Source: Histomonas meleagridis 2922-C6/04-290x (Eukaryota; Protista; Parabasalia). From it: a stretch of 64,000 nucleotides of DNA. The position numbers and the translations under genes are program-made. Shown piece after piece: positions 9,948 through 20,059 of the stretch. The DNA is taken from contig JAANOX010000080.1 in the NCBI GenBank assembly GCA_020184695.1, positions 1-64,000 on the forward strand, in the 5' to 3' direction. Each line of letters begins with the position of its first letter. The stretch's first letter is position 1. Below the pieces are notes generated by a model. That model was not told the origin of the DNA, did not search any database, and was given only the letters and a program-made list of their open reading frames with translations.

Positions 9948-12900
9948 ATGCAACCTTCCACACTTCATTCTCAGCTTGAATCTTGGGCACATTCAAACAA
10001 CGATTTGTTTGCTCGCCATGGTCTTACTGAGTCCAAAATCTCTGTTTCTAAAGGGCCAGCTCTTTGGAAATCATCTGGAATTAATTATCCAAGTAATTTT
10101 GATCATCCCGGGATTACCTTTTTTGAAGCACCATCTGTTGTCGTGAACAGAAATTATTCATATCCAAATCCATCAAATTTATCAGATTGTTCACCTCAAT
10201 ATAATTTATTCACATATGATTCTAGTAAACTACCTGAAGATGCTCCAGAAGATTTAGATGAAATTGTTAAAAGGTCACCTCCTTTAGTTTCAGTTTTTAC
10301 AAAAAATCAATTTCCTCCACCACTTCAAGATCAAAGAACAGATGTAGGAATTTTAAAACCAGGACAAATTCTATATTATACTCTTACCTTTGACACACTT
10401 TCTTCAACATCACCAATTATTGAACCCATTGTTATTAATGTTTTTTTATGGGATCTTGACAAGCATAAAAAACTTTCGGCTATTTGGCGTTTTCTTCCTA
10501 GCGCTGATAATTGTGAAAAAAGCTTAATGGAATTAATTCAACCGACAATTATTAATGGCCCTACATCTATGTCAATACCACATACACAATCGCACAAACG
10601 CATTGCTATAATTGTATCTCTTGATAGGCTTTTATTAAAATCAGCCGGTTCATCACTTACTAAATATTATGAGAAAAGTGGGAGCTCAGCAAGAAACGCT
10701 GCGTTAAATGATCTTCATCAATGTAATCAAAAATGGACATTAATCACATTTGCATGGGCATGGAGACCATATACTGTTTTGCCAACTTGTGATTCAACTC
10801 CATTCAAATTCACCAACTTTTTCAGCACACAAACGGTCTCCGACTTTTTCTTAACAACCGCCCTTTCAAATTCAGTTCATTCAAAAGATAAACCGATACC
10901 GTTTGAAGTTCAGTTTAAAATCAGCAAAGAGAATCCACAAATCCCTAAACTTCAACATCGATTTAGCTTTCCAGTATCTCCATTATTAACTTTTGTAAAT
11001 GAATTAGTTATCCAACCAATTCAAGCAAGATTCAAATTTCCACGACATATTCATGGGCGAAATATTGTAGCAGAAATTCAAATTGTTAGTGATGGGAAAC
11101 CTATAAAATGCTTTGAAGGAAGTGACATATTTATTACTCATTGTCAATATCATGAAGAAACGCCATATTTTAGTGAGGACATTATTGCACAATTACCATT
11201 AACTTTAACGACAAACACAAAATTATTCATAAAGTTTTATCATGCGTCAGTTAAACCTAAAGCCAAAACTAACAAAATTTCGTGTGGCACATCGATATAT
11301 AATTTATTTAAAGAAGATGGCTCATTTATTAATAATGGAATTCATAATTCAGGAATTTCATATTTAAATGATAATGAAATTGTTACTGCGTTAGAGAACA
11401 ATTTTTTCTCATTTAATATTATCTTAAATAGTAATATTTATTCAAGTGATTTACAAATCACGAACATATTTAAGAACAAATTAACGCAATTAAAGCCAAC
11501 GGAATATAATTTGTTAATACCACATTTATATTCAGTACTTGATAAAATGATCACTAATATTAACAATAATGATAATAATGGATTTAATGGATTAATCCAA
11601 ATATTATCAGTGTTTCAACGTGATCGAAATCATCAAGAATCACAATACTTAATATTTTATTTAAAGTTTTGCGCATTACGACATGAAGAAGAGAAAACTT
11701 TTCATCAACGATTTATACCAATGTGGAAAAACTATTTAAAGAATAATGAATTCTCACAGAAACGTCCCGACTTTATTAATTGTTGGTTTCTATTAGAGTT
11801 AATCACGAAATCGATATTAATCTCAAAAGAAAGTGTTGACTCGAAAACATTATTATCTATTTCATCACAATTATCAAGTTATTTACCATTATTTAGAGAT
11901 AGTCGACAAACTATTGGGACCACATTAAACAAATATTTGTTCTATTTTTATAAGGACTTATTTGATGTTTTAGATCATGAATTAATATGTAAAATGATAC
12001 AAAATCATTTAGCGAATTTAAACCTAAAAAATAATTCGAATTTGTTCGATCGAGAATGTTTTCGAGATATATTTCAAACATTTATTTCTCCAAAAATATT
12101 TTTATATTTAATAGCACCAATTAATTATATAAAGAATTCATCATTATTTATAAACATATTTTTACCACATATCGAATCAGCTATGAATATATATGAACAT
12201 ACAAATGAATTATTTCGAAATATATTTAATTTATTATTACAATTTAATTATAATGAACATGTAATTATTGCTCCTTTATTAATACCATTATTAGAATTAA
12301 TTGGAAAAAATGAAATAATTTTTAGAAAATGTCCTTCGAAATCTTATTTAATATATATATTTGTAGTAGCACATTATATATTTTATTATTCGAAAAGTAA
12401 ACTTAAAAAGAAAAAATTAATAAAATCTGCATTAATATTATTAAAATATTCTACAAAATTAACTCAAAAAGAATTAAAAGAAATACAATTAACAACAAAT
12501 AAAATGTCATCAACAGAAAATATAACAAAAGCAATGTTAAATAATTTAAATGGTGATCAAACATTTGTTTTACATGCAGAACATCAAACTCGAACAAGAA
12601 GATTCGCTTCATTAAAAATGGCAAATCGGAATAATTTATTTAGTACTAATAATTTAATCGAAGAGAATAAAACAGATTATATAAAAATATTCGATTCATT
12701 ATCATTTATTATTCAAGCATTAATATTAAAGTTATCAAATGTTTCATTAAACTCAAAAACTTTTAACAAAATATTAATAGTTTTCTCAGATATTAATATT
12801 CCTCCATTACTAATAAAACAATTCCAAAAAACTTTAGTAAATTTTGCCGAAAATTTAACGCAAATTGTATTTAATGATGAAAACTCGAATTTAAAACATA

Positions 12901-14480
12901 TAATTAATAAATTAATTAAATTCTCATCAAAATCAAATTTCGAAGTTATTAATAAATTTTCACAAATCGAAAAAGTCAAATTTGGGACAAACAATCGAAT
13001 TAATTCATTAATTTCTCGTTCATTATATAAAATTAACTCAATAACAAAAAACATTTTAAACAATTCTAAAACTTCAATATATCATAAATTAATAAAAAAG
13101 TTATATAAAATCGAAAATCAATTAAATGTATTAAACAAAGAAACAAATTTCGATATATATTCCAATTTGTTATATGAAAAAGCTGAACTTTTAAAGGATT
13201 CTCCTGATGCACGTCTCGAAATATTATTAGAACTAACTAAATATCAAATAGAGAATCAATATTATCATGAAGCAATCATTGCACAAATTACATCGATTGC
13301 GTTAATATGTGAATATTTAACAAAGTTAAAACGAATTCCAGACTTTTTTAACATGAAAAATCCGGCGAAAAAGTTTTGTATTATAAATTCATCAATTTCA
13401 TCGGAAATTTGTCCGAAAGAAATAGTGAATGATATCCCTAAGTTAAAAGGGTTTTGTACTTCCAAATATTTTAATGAATATGGAATTATATATTTGTTTA
13501 ATGAAGCCATAAATAATTGTAAAAGTTCGAATTTGTTCGAATTATCTTCAATGATACAAAACATTTTAAATATAATCGTGAAGAAAAGACATTTATGGTT
13601 ATTATTAAAGGATAATTATGTTAATGGTTCATTATCTTATCAAATTATCTCGGATTTAAATGTTTCCAATGATAGGAATTTCGGTAATTATTATCGAATA
13701 CAATTTTTCGATGGAATTAAACGAAAGAATTTCATTTATCGTGAAATAAATTTAATGAATTTATGGGAAATATCAAAAAAAATTAAAAATAGTTTTATGG
13801 AATATTTCGAAAATGAAAAAGATGTCATTGTATTAAATGATGGTGAAGAATTGGACTTAAATAAAACAGAAAAGGATAAATTTTACGTTCATATTAAATC
13901 AATACAACAATATTTTACGTCAAAAGACATCAAAAAACGGATGACGGTTTTCGATCAAAATAACAATATTTCAATGTTTTACTTTGATGTGCCGTTTTCA
14001 AAGGGGTCTCAAAATTCAATAGAAAGTTTCTATATGAAACGTACAATTTTCATATCACCTCACCCAATGCCTTATATAATTAAACGGGTAGAAATACCAG
14101 AAGAAAATATAGTGAAAGAAATGTTTACCCCTATCGAGTATTGGACTCAAAACATTAAGAAACAAGTGGATTCAATAGAAGAAGATATAATTAGAAATGA
14201 CCCAATCGGTTTGCAACCAAAACTTCAAGGTTCTTTGGTAGTCCAAGTAAACGAAGGACCAAAAAAGATTGCAGAGGTGTTCTTAAGTGAAGGAGAAGAT
14301 AACAAAGAGAAACAAAAGTTACGAAAAGTCTTTAGAAAATTTTTGGAAACAAACGCAAAGGCTGTGAAGCTACACGCGCAGTTTGTGGCAACGCATCCAG
14401 TATACGCTGTGCTGCAAGAAGAAGTGGAATCGGGCTTGAATACTTTAACATCAACGCTGCAGCCGTATTTAAATGAATGA
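9948..14480 (+). CDS. DOCK-family (dedicator of cytokinesis) GEF
   Basis: C2/DHR1-like region (HCQYHEETPYFSEDI...FYH) and DHR2 C-terminus LQPKLQGSLVVQVNEGPKKIAEVFL; 1510 aa. Confidence 0.85.
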   Translation: MQPSTLHSQLESWAHSNNDLFARHGLTESKISVSKGPALWKSSGINYPSNFDHPGITFFEAPSVVVNRNYSYPNPSNLSDCSPQYNLFTYDSSKLPEDAPEDLDEIVKRSPPLVSVFTKNQFPPPLQDQRTDVGILKPGQILYYTLTFDTLSSTSPIIEPIVINVFLWDLDKHKKLSAIWRFLPSADNCEKSLMELIQPTIINGPTSMSIPHTQSHKRIAIIVSLDRLLLKSAGSSLTKYYEKSGSSARNAALNDLHQCNQKWTLITFAWAWRPYTVLPTCDSTPFKFTNFFSTQTVSDFFLTTALSNSVHSKDKPIPFEVQFKISKENPQIPKLQHRFSFPVSPLLTFVNELVIQPIQARFKFPRHIHGRNIVAEIQIVSDGKPIKCFEGSDIFITHCQYHEETPYFSEDIIAQLPLTLTTNTKLFIKFYHASVKPKAKTNKISCGTSIYNLFKEDGSFINNGIHNSGISYLNDNEIVTALENNFFSFNIILNSNIYSSDLQITNIFKNKLTQLKPTEYNLLIPHLYSVLDKMITNINNNDNNGFNGLIQILSVFQRDRNHQESQYLIFYLKFCALRHEEEKTFHQRFIPMWKNYLKNNEFSQKRPDFINCWFLLELITKSILISKESVDSKTLLSISSQLSSYLPLFRDSRQTIGTTLNKYLFYFYKDLFDVLDHELICKMIQNHLANLNLKNNSNLFDRECFRDIFQTFISPKIFLYLIAPINYIKNSSLFINIFLPHIESAMNIYEHTNELFRNIFNLLLQFNYNEHVIIAPLLIPLLELIGKNEIIFRKCPSKSYLIYIFVVAHYIFYYSKSKLKKKKLIKSALILLKYSTKLTQKELKEIQLTTNKMSSTENITKAMLNNLNGDQTFVLHAEHQTRTRRFASLKMANRNNLFSTNNLIEENKTDYIKIFDSLSFIIQALILKLSNVSLNSKTFNKILIVFSDINIPPLLIKQFQKTLVNFAENLTQIVFNDENSNLKHIINKLIKFSSKSNFEVINKFSQIEKVKFGTNNRINSLISRSLYKINSITKNILNNSKTSIYHKLIKKLYKIENQLNVLNKETNFDIYSNLLYEKAELLKDSPDARLEILLELTKYQIENQYYHEAIIAQITSIALICEYLTKLKRIPDFFNMKNPAKKFCIINSSISSEICPKEIVNDIPKLKGFCTSKYFNEYGIIYLFNEAINNCKSSNLFELSSMIQNILNIIVKKRHLWLLLKDNYVNGSLSYQIISDLNVSNDRNFGNYYRIQFFDGIKRKNFIYREINLMNLWEISKKIKNSFMEYFENEKDVIVLNDGEELDLNKTEKDKFYVHIKSIQQYFTSKDIKKRMTVFDQNNNISMFYFDVPFSKGSQNSIESFYMKRTIFISPHPMPYIIKRVEIPEENIVKEMFTPIEYWTQNIKKQVDSIEEDIIRNDPIGLQPKLQGSLVVQVNEGPKKIAEVFLSEGEDNKEKQKLRKVFRKFLETNAKAVKLHAQFVATHPVYAVLQEEVESGLNTLTSTLQPYLNE

Positions 14481-14812
14481 ATTGTATTTGTAAATAGAAA
14501 TTATAAATTTTGTTTTTAATATTTCTTTCAATTCATTGTATTTTGTAAATATTATATTGATTTGAATGTTCTAAAAATTATTAAATTTTTGGAGGAAACG
14601 AAGCTCTTTAATAAATCAACACACAAAATAGCTCAAAAAATTATTTTTTTTTTTATACAAAAATTGGATTTCTTCATCATTTAGTGAGTTAACGGTGGTC
14701 TTGAAATTGAATTGAAAATGATCGACATAACAACAAATTTTGCCTATTTGTCACTTTTCATAACCGTCGATGATTGAATTAAAAATTGAGTGGCTATTAT
14801 ATCATATTTTAA

Positions 14813-17044
14813 ATGCCACGCCCAAGGATTCAGAAGAGGAAATTGGCTGATGACCCATGGAACATCGTATCCAAAGGTATCCAAGATACGCTTAGTCGAA
14901 AGCAATCTGGTTTGAGTATGAGTTATCTTCATATGGCAGTTCATTCCCTCATTTCAAACGGTGATTTCCGCAAACTTGAAGATGGCCTATCAGATCTTAT
15001 CACTGCACACTTCAAAACTTATAAGGATGAACTTTCCCAACTTGCAGGAAATCCACTTATCGTCCGTTTCAGTAACATTTTCAGTGATTTTGAGAACTAC
15101 TGCCTTATTCTCCCGAAGTTCTGTATGCTTTTGGATCGTCATTATGAATCAACTATTCCACAACGTACATTAACTCTTATCCGTGAGAAGTTCCTCCAAG
15201 GTGTCCTCAGTGATAAGAACCTTATCAAGATGACGATTGATGGCATTATCAAAGACATTACGACACTTCGAAGGAAGGAAGAAATTGATTTATCATATGC
15301 CAAGAATCTTGTCAAAATGTTCTACAACTTCAAGAACGAAGCCAACATCAAAATCTTTGAGAGTTTCTTTGATAAATTTGTCGAAGAAACCAAAAAATTT
15401 TATGATGATTTCTATGTCAACAAGTTTGGCAGTAATTCCTTCTCCAATTATCTCAAAATCATTGAAGATCAAATCAACCATGAACAAAATCTTCTTCAAG
15501 AATTCTTAAATGCCGAAGATGCCCAAAAGATATTATTCATCTGTTTCAATGTCTTAGTTATCTCACGTGAATCCAACTTCCTTGAAGGCAGAGAACCACT
15601 TATTGCCAGTGCATTAGTTGAACAAGATTGCCGTCCTCTTAAGTGGCTTGTTGAAACATATCAACGCTTCTCAATTGACATTGAAAACCTTTACAACTCA
15701 TGCGCCACATTCATTCAGAACGAAATGCTTAAGCTTATACCAAACTTCGAACCACCAGCTGCAGGTTCTAAAGCTAAGAAGCAAGATATCCCAACGTCAA
15801 TCTCGCAGCTTATGGAAGTTACCATGAAACATGTTGTACCATATAACACAGTCTTCACCACCATTGCTAATGCACCAGTTGTCAAGAAAGCAGCAGCCAC
15901 ACTTAAAGAAGCCATTACCAAAGCATGGAACAATGACAAATTTGATATTAAGCAAAACTTCAATGTATATATTGACTCTATTATTCGTAGTGAATATAAG
16001 AGTATTCCAATTGAGAAGTTTGCAAATCTTGTTGCATACTTCTGTGATATTACAACAGAGAAGAAACCATTTGAAGTTATTTATGAAGCAATGTTCATGC
16101 GTCGTTTGATTAAGATCAAGAAGAAGCTTCCAGATTTAGAATTACCAGTCATTAGTGCAATCCGTAATAAGGTATCACATAAATTCTTAGAAAGATATGA
16201 CCAATATATTAAACAACTTAATGATTCATTCACATTCGAAGAAGACTTTAAGACATATAAATCACAAAACAAACAAATGACATCCGAATTACAAATCTCA
16301 CCATTAGTCTTTAATGGTCAAAGCTTCCCATTACCGAAAGATGAAGAAAAGAATATGCCGACAACTATCTCGGAAGCGAATCGTGAGTTTGTACAATATT
16401 ATAAGACTAAGCATCCAACACATAACTTATTATTACTTTCCACTGCTACGACAGTTGAATTTAAGTTACAAATTCCTAAAAACGCTAAGTCAGCAATCCC
16501 AAGAACTTATCAAATCGTTTGCGATGTACCAACAAGTTATATATTATCTACAACAGCAGAGAAGAAAGATGGCATGAAGTTCTCTGAAATGTGCGATTTA
16601 TTAGGTAATAGAAACATGGCAGGTAAAATAGTATTGAACTTAAGCTCTGCAACAAATAAAATATTGGATAGATATGAATCAGCAGACCCAAAGAAGTTGG
16701 ATGACAATGATAAGTTTAGATTAAATAGAAACTTCTTCTCACAAAACCAAAGAATTAACATCAAGCCTGCGTTGTCCGAAAGTAAACTCGATAAGAAGGA
16801 AACACACACAACTATCATGTACGAAACAACTGACGCTATTAAGGCTTCCATTTGTAGAATATTGAAGAGAGAAATAACTATGAACTTAAGCGACTTGGAG
16901 AACACAGTCATCTTGGACTTGAGAGAATTCTTCATAACAACGCCGGAAAAGGTAAGGCTGATGGCGCAGGAATTGGAGACAACAAACGGTTACGTAGAGC
17001 AGTACACTGAGGGTGGCGTCAAGAAGATCAAGTACATTAGGTAA
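14813..17044 (+). CDS. Cullin family protein
   Basis: Cullin N-terminal repeat (SMSYLHMAVHSL), FMRRLI motif and a C-terminal neddylation-site-like segment IKASICRILK. Confidence 0.85.
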   Translation: MPRPRIQKRKLADDPWNIVSKGIQDTLSRKQSGLSMSYLHMAVHSLISNGDFRKLEDGLSDLITAHFKTYKDELSQLAGNPLIVRFSNIFSDFENYCLILPKFCMLLDRHYESTIPQRTLTLIREKFLQGVLSDKNLIKMTIDGIIKDITTLRRKEEIDLSYAKNLVKMFYNFKNEANIKIFESFFDKFVEETKKFYDDFYVNKFGSNSFSNYLKIIEDQINHEQNLLQEFLNAEDAQKILFICFNVLVISRESNFLEGREPLIASALVEQDCRPLKWLVETYQRFSIDIENLYNSCATFIQNEMLKLIPNFEPPAAGSKAKKQDIPTSISQLMEVTMKHVVPYNTVFTTIANAPVVKKAAATLKEAITKAWNNDKFDIKQNFNVYIDSIIRSEYKSIPIEKFANLVAYFCDITTEKKPFEVIYEAMFMRRLIKIKKKLPDLELPVISAIRNKVSHKFLERYDQYIKQLNDSFTFEEDFKTYKSQNKQMTSELQISPLVFNGQSFPLPKDEEKNMPTTISEANREFVQYYKTKHPTHNLLLLSTATTVEFKLQIPKNAKSAIPRTYQIVCDVPTSYILSTTAEKKDGMKFSEMCDLLGNRNMAGKIVLNLSSATNKILDRYESADPKKLDDNDKFRLNRNFFSQNQRINIKPALSESKLDKKETHTTIMYETTDAIKASICRILKREITMNLSDLENTVILDLREFFITTPEKVRLMAQELETTNGYVEQYTEGGVKKIKYIR

Positions 17045-17076
17045 GTAAACCACTTAAATAGCATTACTTTACATAT

Positions 17077-17847
17077 TTTGACTTAAGCAGAGAATGTTCA
17101 AACTGTTGAACTATTTGACTTAAGCAGAGAATGTTCAAACTGTTGAACTATTTGACTTAAGCAGAGAATGTTCGAACTGTTGAACTATTTGACTTAAGCA
17201 GAGAATGTTCAAACTGTTGAACTATTTTGACTTAAGCAGAGAATGTTCGAACTGTTGAACTATTTGACTTAAGCAGAGAATGTTCAAACTGTTGAACTAT
17301 TTGACTTAAGCAGAGAATGTTCAAACTGTTGAACTATTTGACTTAAGCAGAGAATGTTCAAACTGTTGAATTATTTGACTTAAGCAGAGAATGTTCGAAC
17401 TGTTGAACTATTTGACTTAAGCAGAGAATGTTCAAACTGTTGAACTATTTGACTTAAGCAGAGAATGTTCGAACTGTTGAACTATTTGACTTAAGCAGAG
17501 AATGTTCAAACTGTTGAACTATTTGACTTAAGCAGAGAATGTTCAAACTGTTGAACTATTTGACTTAAGCAGAGAATGTTCAAACTGTTGAACTATTTGA
17601 CTTAAGCAGAGAATGTTCAAACTGTTGAACTATTTGACTTAAGCAGAGAATGTTCAAACTGTTGAATTATTTGACTTAAGCAGAGAATGTTCGAACTGTT
17701 GAACTATTTGACTTAAGCAGAGAATGTTCAAACTGTTGAACTATTTGACTTAAGCAGAGAATGTTCAAACTGTTGAACTATTTGACTTAAGCAGAGAATG
17801 TTCGAACTGTTGAACTATTTGACTTAAGCAGAGAATGTTCGAACTGT
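17077..17847. repeat. Tandem array of a 37-bp unit (20 full copies plus one 30-bp partial)
   Basis: tttgacttaagcagagaatgttc(a/g)aactgttgaa(c/t)ta head-to-tail, no unique spacers. Confidence 0.97.
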
Positions 17848-18091
17848 AAATCTTTTGCTGAATATTTCACAATTTGATCATTTTGTGATAAGTCATTTAT
17901 ATAAAAAATACGCAAATATATTGTGCAAAAAAGTTTATTGATGTTATTGATGTGTGCTTTACCTTATAGTTGCGGAATGAGAGTTCCATCACTATTTGGT
18001 TGGATGAAGGTGATGTGTGTTATGTGAGTAAAGTAATCAAAAATGTGCAATTTGTGAAGTGACAATAAAGAAATTCAATTGACGTCTGCCA

Positions 18092-18099
18092 AAAGTGAC
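18092..18099 (+). promoter_or_regulatory. M2-like motif AAAGTGAC
   Basis: Exact match 6 nt upstream of the ATG at 18106; motif described in T. vaginalis promoters. Confidence 0.5.
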
Positions 18100-18105
18100 A
18101 ATTGA

Positions 18106-19101
18106 ATGTTGGAAATTGATTTCCCAATTCATGCAATGTGTAAAGGATTCGAGGACAATACATTCCTCGTATGCGGTGGTGGAGGAATAAGTTTTAAAAG
18201 TGGAATTCCAAATGGTATTAATATTATTGAAATCGGAGAAAACGGAAATTTAAATGTAAAAGAAAAAATTAGATTAGAAAACGTTGTAACAGGAGCAGCA
18301 ATGTATGAAGGTGATGAAAAAAAGATAATAGCATTAGCTGTTGGTCCAAAAATTAAAATATATTCAAAGTCATTTGAAAAGGAAGAAGCTTCATATGATA
18401 CCAAAATGGAAAAGAACCTATTCAGAACGCTTTGTTTTTCTCCAGATGGAAAACTTGTTCTTGCTGTTGATGCAGATGGGAAATTAAGTTTACTATCAAT
18501 GCCAGATTTGAAAGAAATAGATACGGACTCATCCAAAGAATATTCAAGAGCTACGTTTTATAAAACACAGGATTCATTATATATTGCAGTAGCTGCAAAT
18601 TCTCGAATTTATTTACTCGAGCCTAAAAAAGGATTATCTGTTGTTTCTGAATCACAAGAAATTGATCAAAGCCCAAGGTCCATTGTCTCCTGTGAAAATA
18701 GATTGATTTATTTTGCACTTAATCAAAAAAATCGTCAATCAACAGTTTTCGAATTTGAGTATTCTGAAGGCCTCAAACTTATTCGCTCATTTCAACCAAT
18801 CAGTGGAATCATTAATTCTATTGGAATTGATGATAAAACTTTAGCAATAGCGACAAGTAAAGGAGATATCTTAACATTGAATCTTCCAACATTAAAACGG
18901 AAGAAGCTCTCTAAAGGTGTTCATGGTGAACCTGTTACATCATGTCTTGTTTTTCCTGATTATATAATTACATCAAGAATTGATCAGAAAATTATAGCCA
19001 CCAAAAACACTAATGAGCCTATTTCCCTTGTATTCATCATGGCAGTTCTTGTATTAATTTTGTCCGTTCTTGTTTTCCTCGGGAAAAAGAACAGTCAATA
19101 A
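18106..19101 (+). CDS. SEC12: Sec12/PREB-like WD40 GEF for Sar1 with C-terminal TM helix
   Basis: K-loop-like GGGGISFKSGIPNG near the N-terminus, beta-propeller repeats, C-terminal hydrophobic anchor. Confidence 0.75.
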   Translation: MLEIDFPIHAMCKGFEDNTFLVCGGGGISFKSGIPNGINIIEIGENGNLNVKEKIRLENVVTGAAMYEGDEKKIIALAVGPKIKIYSKSFEKEEASYDTKMEKNLFRTLCFSPDGKLVLAVDADGKLSLLSMPDLKEIDTDSSKEYSRATFYKTQDSLYIAVAANSRIYLLEPKKGLSVVSESQEIDQSPRSIVSCENRLIYFALNQKNRQSTVFEFEYSEGLKLIRSFQPISGIINSIGIDDKTLAIATSKGDILTLNLPTLKRKKLSKGVHGEPVTSCLVFPDYIITSRIDQKIIATKNTNEPISLVFIMAVLVLILSVLVFLGKKNSQ

Positions 19102-19224
19102 AACCTATGCAAATTTCAATTTTTCATTGTAAAATTTGACGGTTTTTCTCAGAAAAAAAGGCGCCAAAATTGAGTATCTATCGTCTCATGGTCGATTAAC
19201 GTTCTTCAAATTTCAAAGAAAATA

Positions 19225-19231
19225 AACGGTT
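19225..19231 (+). promoter_or_regulatory. M3-like Myb-binding motif AACGGTT
   Basis: About 25 nt upstream of the Myb ATG; the same motif occurs at 37587-37593 before PABP. Confidence 0.4.
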
Positions 19232-19256
19232 CTTTAAGGGGAAACTTTATTTTTTA

Positions 19257-20003
19257 ATGAATAGTGATCAAGAGCTTCAACAACAAATAGAAGCCCCAAA
19301 AGTTATTGAAGTTCATCAAGAAGAGCCTCATCAAGCACTTGCACCAACAAGAACAAGAAATAAAATGAGGGCAAAATCAACTAAATGGACTCAAGAAGAA
19401 GACGACTTACTACAAATACTTGTGAATCAATCTGAAGATTGGGGACAAATAGCTACACATTTTCCGAATAAAACAAGTAAGCAGGTATTAGCTCATTGGA
19501 AAAAAGTTGCTAATCCTTCAATTGTGCGTGGTTCTTGGACATTAGAAGAAGATAAAACAATTATGGCTTGGGTTGCAGCTAATGGTCCTACAAAATGGTC
19601 TGTTCTTGCTGACCAACTTCCAGGTCGTATTGCAAAACAATGTCGTGAAAGATGGTGTAATCATTTAGACCCGTCAATTAAGAAAGGGCCTCTGACGCAA
19701 GAAGAAGATGAAATTATAATTAAATCAGTACAACAATTTGGTAAAAAATGGGCAGAAATTGCAAAGCTTCTTCCAGGTAGAACAGACAATTGTATCAAGA
19801 ACAGGTGGAACTCGACTCTAAAGAAGAAAACTTCTGAGTATGTGCATAATTTTGATCAGCCTGTTGTTGAACAAAATCAAGATATGGTTCAAATAGATAC
19901 TACAAACATAACGAGTATGCCTGTCGAACAAGCTGCTTCACCAACAAATACAAACCCGGAAGAACAAGTCCAACAAAACGAGACTCAGGTCCAATCGAAT
20001 TAA
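19257..20003 (+). CDS. Myb transcription factor with three repeats
   Basis: [45 protein letters not shown]. Confidence 0.95.
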   Translation: MNSDQELQQQIEAPKVIEVHQEEPHQALAPTRTRNKMRAKSTKWTQEEDDLLQILVNQSEDWGQIATHFPNKTSKQVLAHWKKVANPSIVRGSWTLEEDKTIMAWVAANGPTKWSVLADQLPGRIAKQCRERWCNHLDPSIKKGPLTQEEDEIIIKSVQQFGKKWAEIAKLLPGRTDNCIKNRWNSTLKKKTSEYVHNFDQPVVEQNQDMVQIDTTNITSMPVEQAASPTNTNPEEQVQQNETQVQSN

Positions 20004-20059
20004 AAATTATTTCACTTAACACTTTTTGCGGTTAAAGTAAAACAGTCAATTTTTTTGGG

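Noticed and set aside
17077-17113. 37 = 17+3+17, and GCAGAGA resembling the U6 ACAGAGA box, suggesting a link to the spacer system
   Set aside because: Numerical and short-motif coincidence; the unit shows no complementarity to the spacers.
17077-17847. CRISPR array (37-bp repeat with a hairpin)
   Set aside because: Units are head-to-tail with no unique spacers, there are no cas genes, and the context is eukaryotic.
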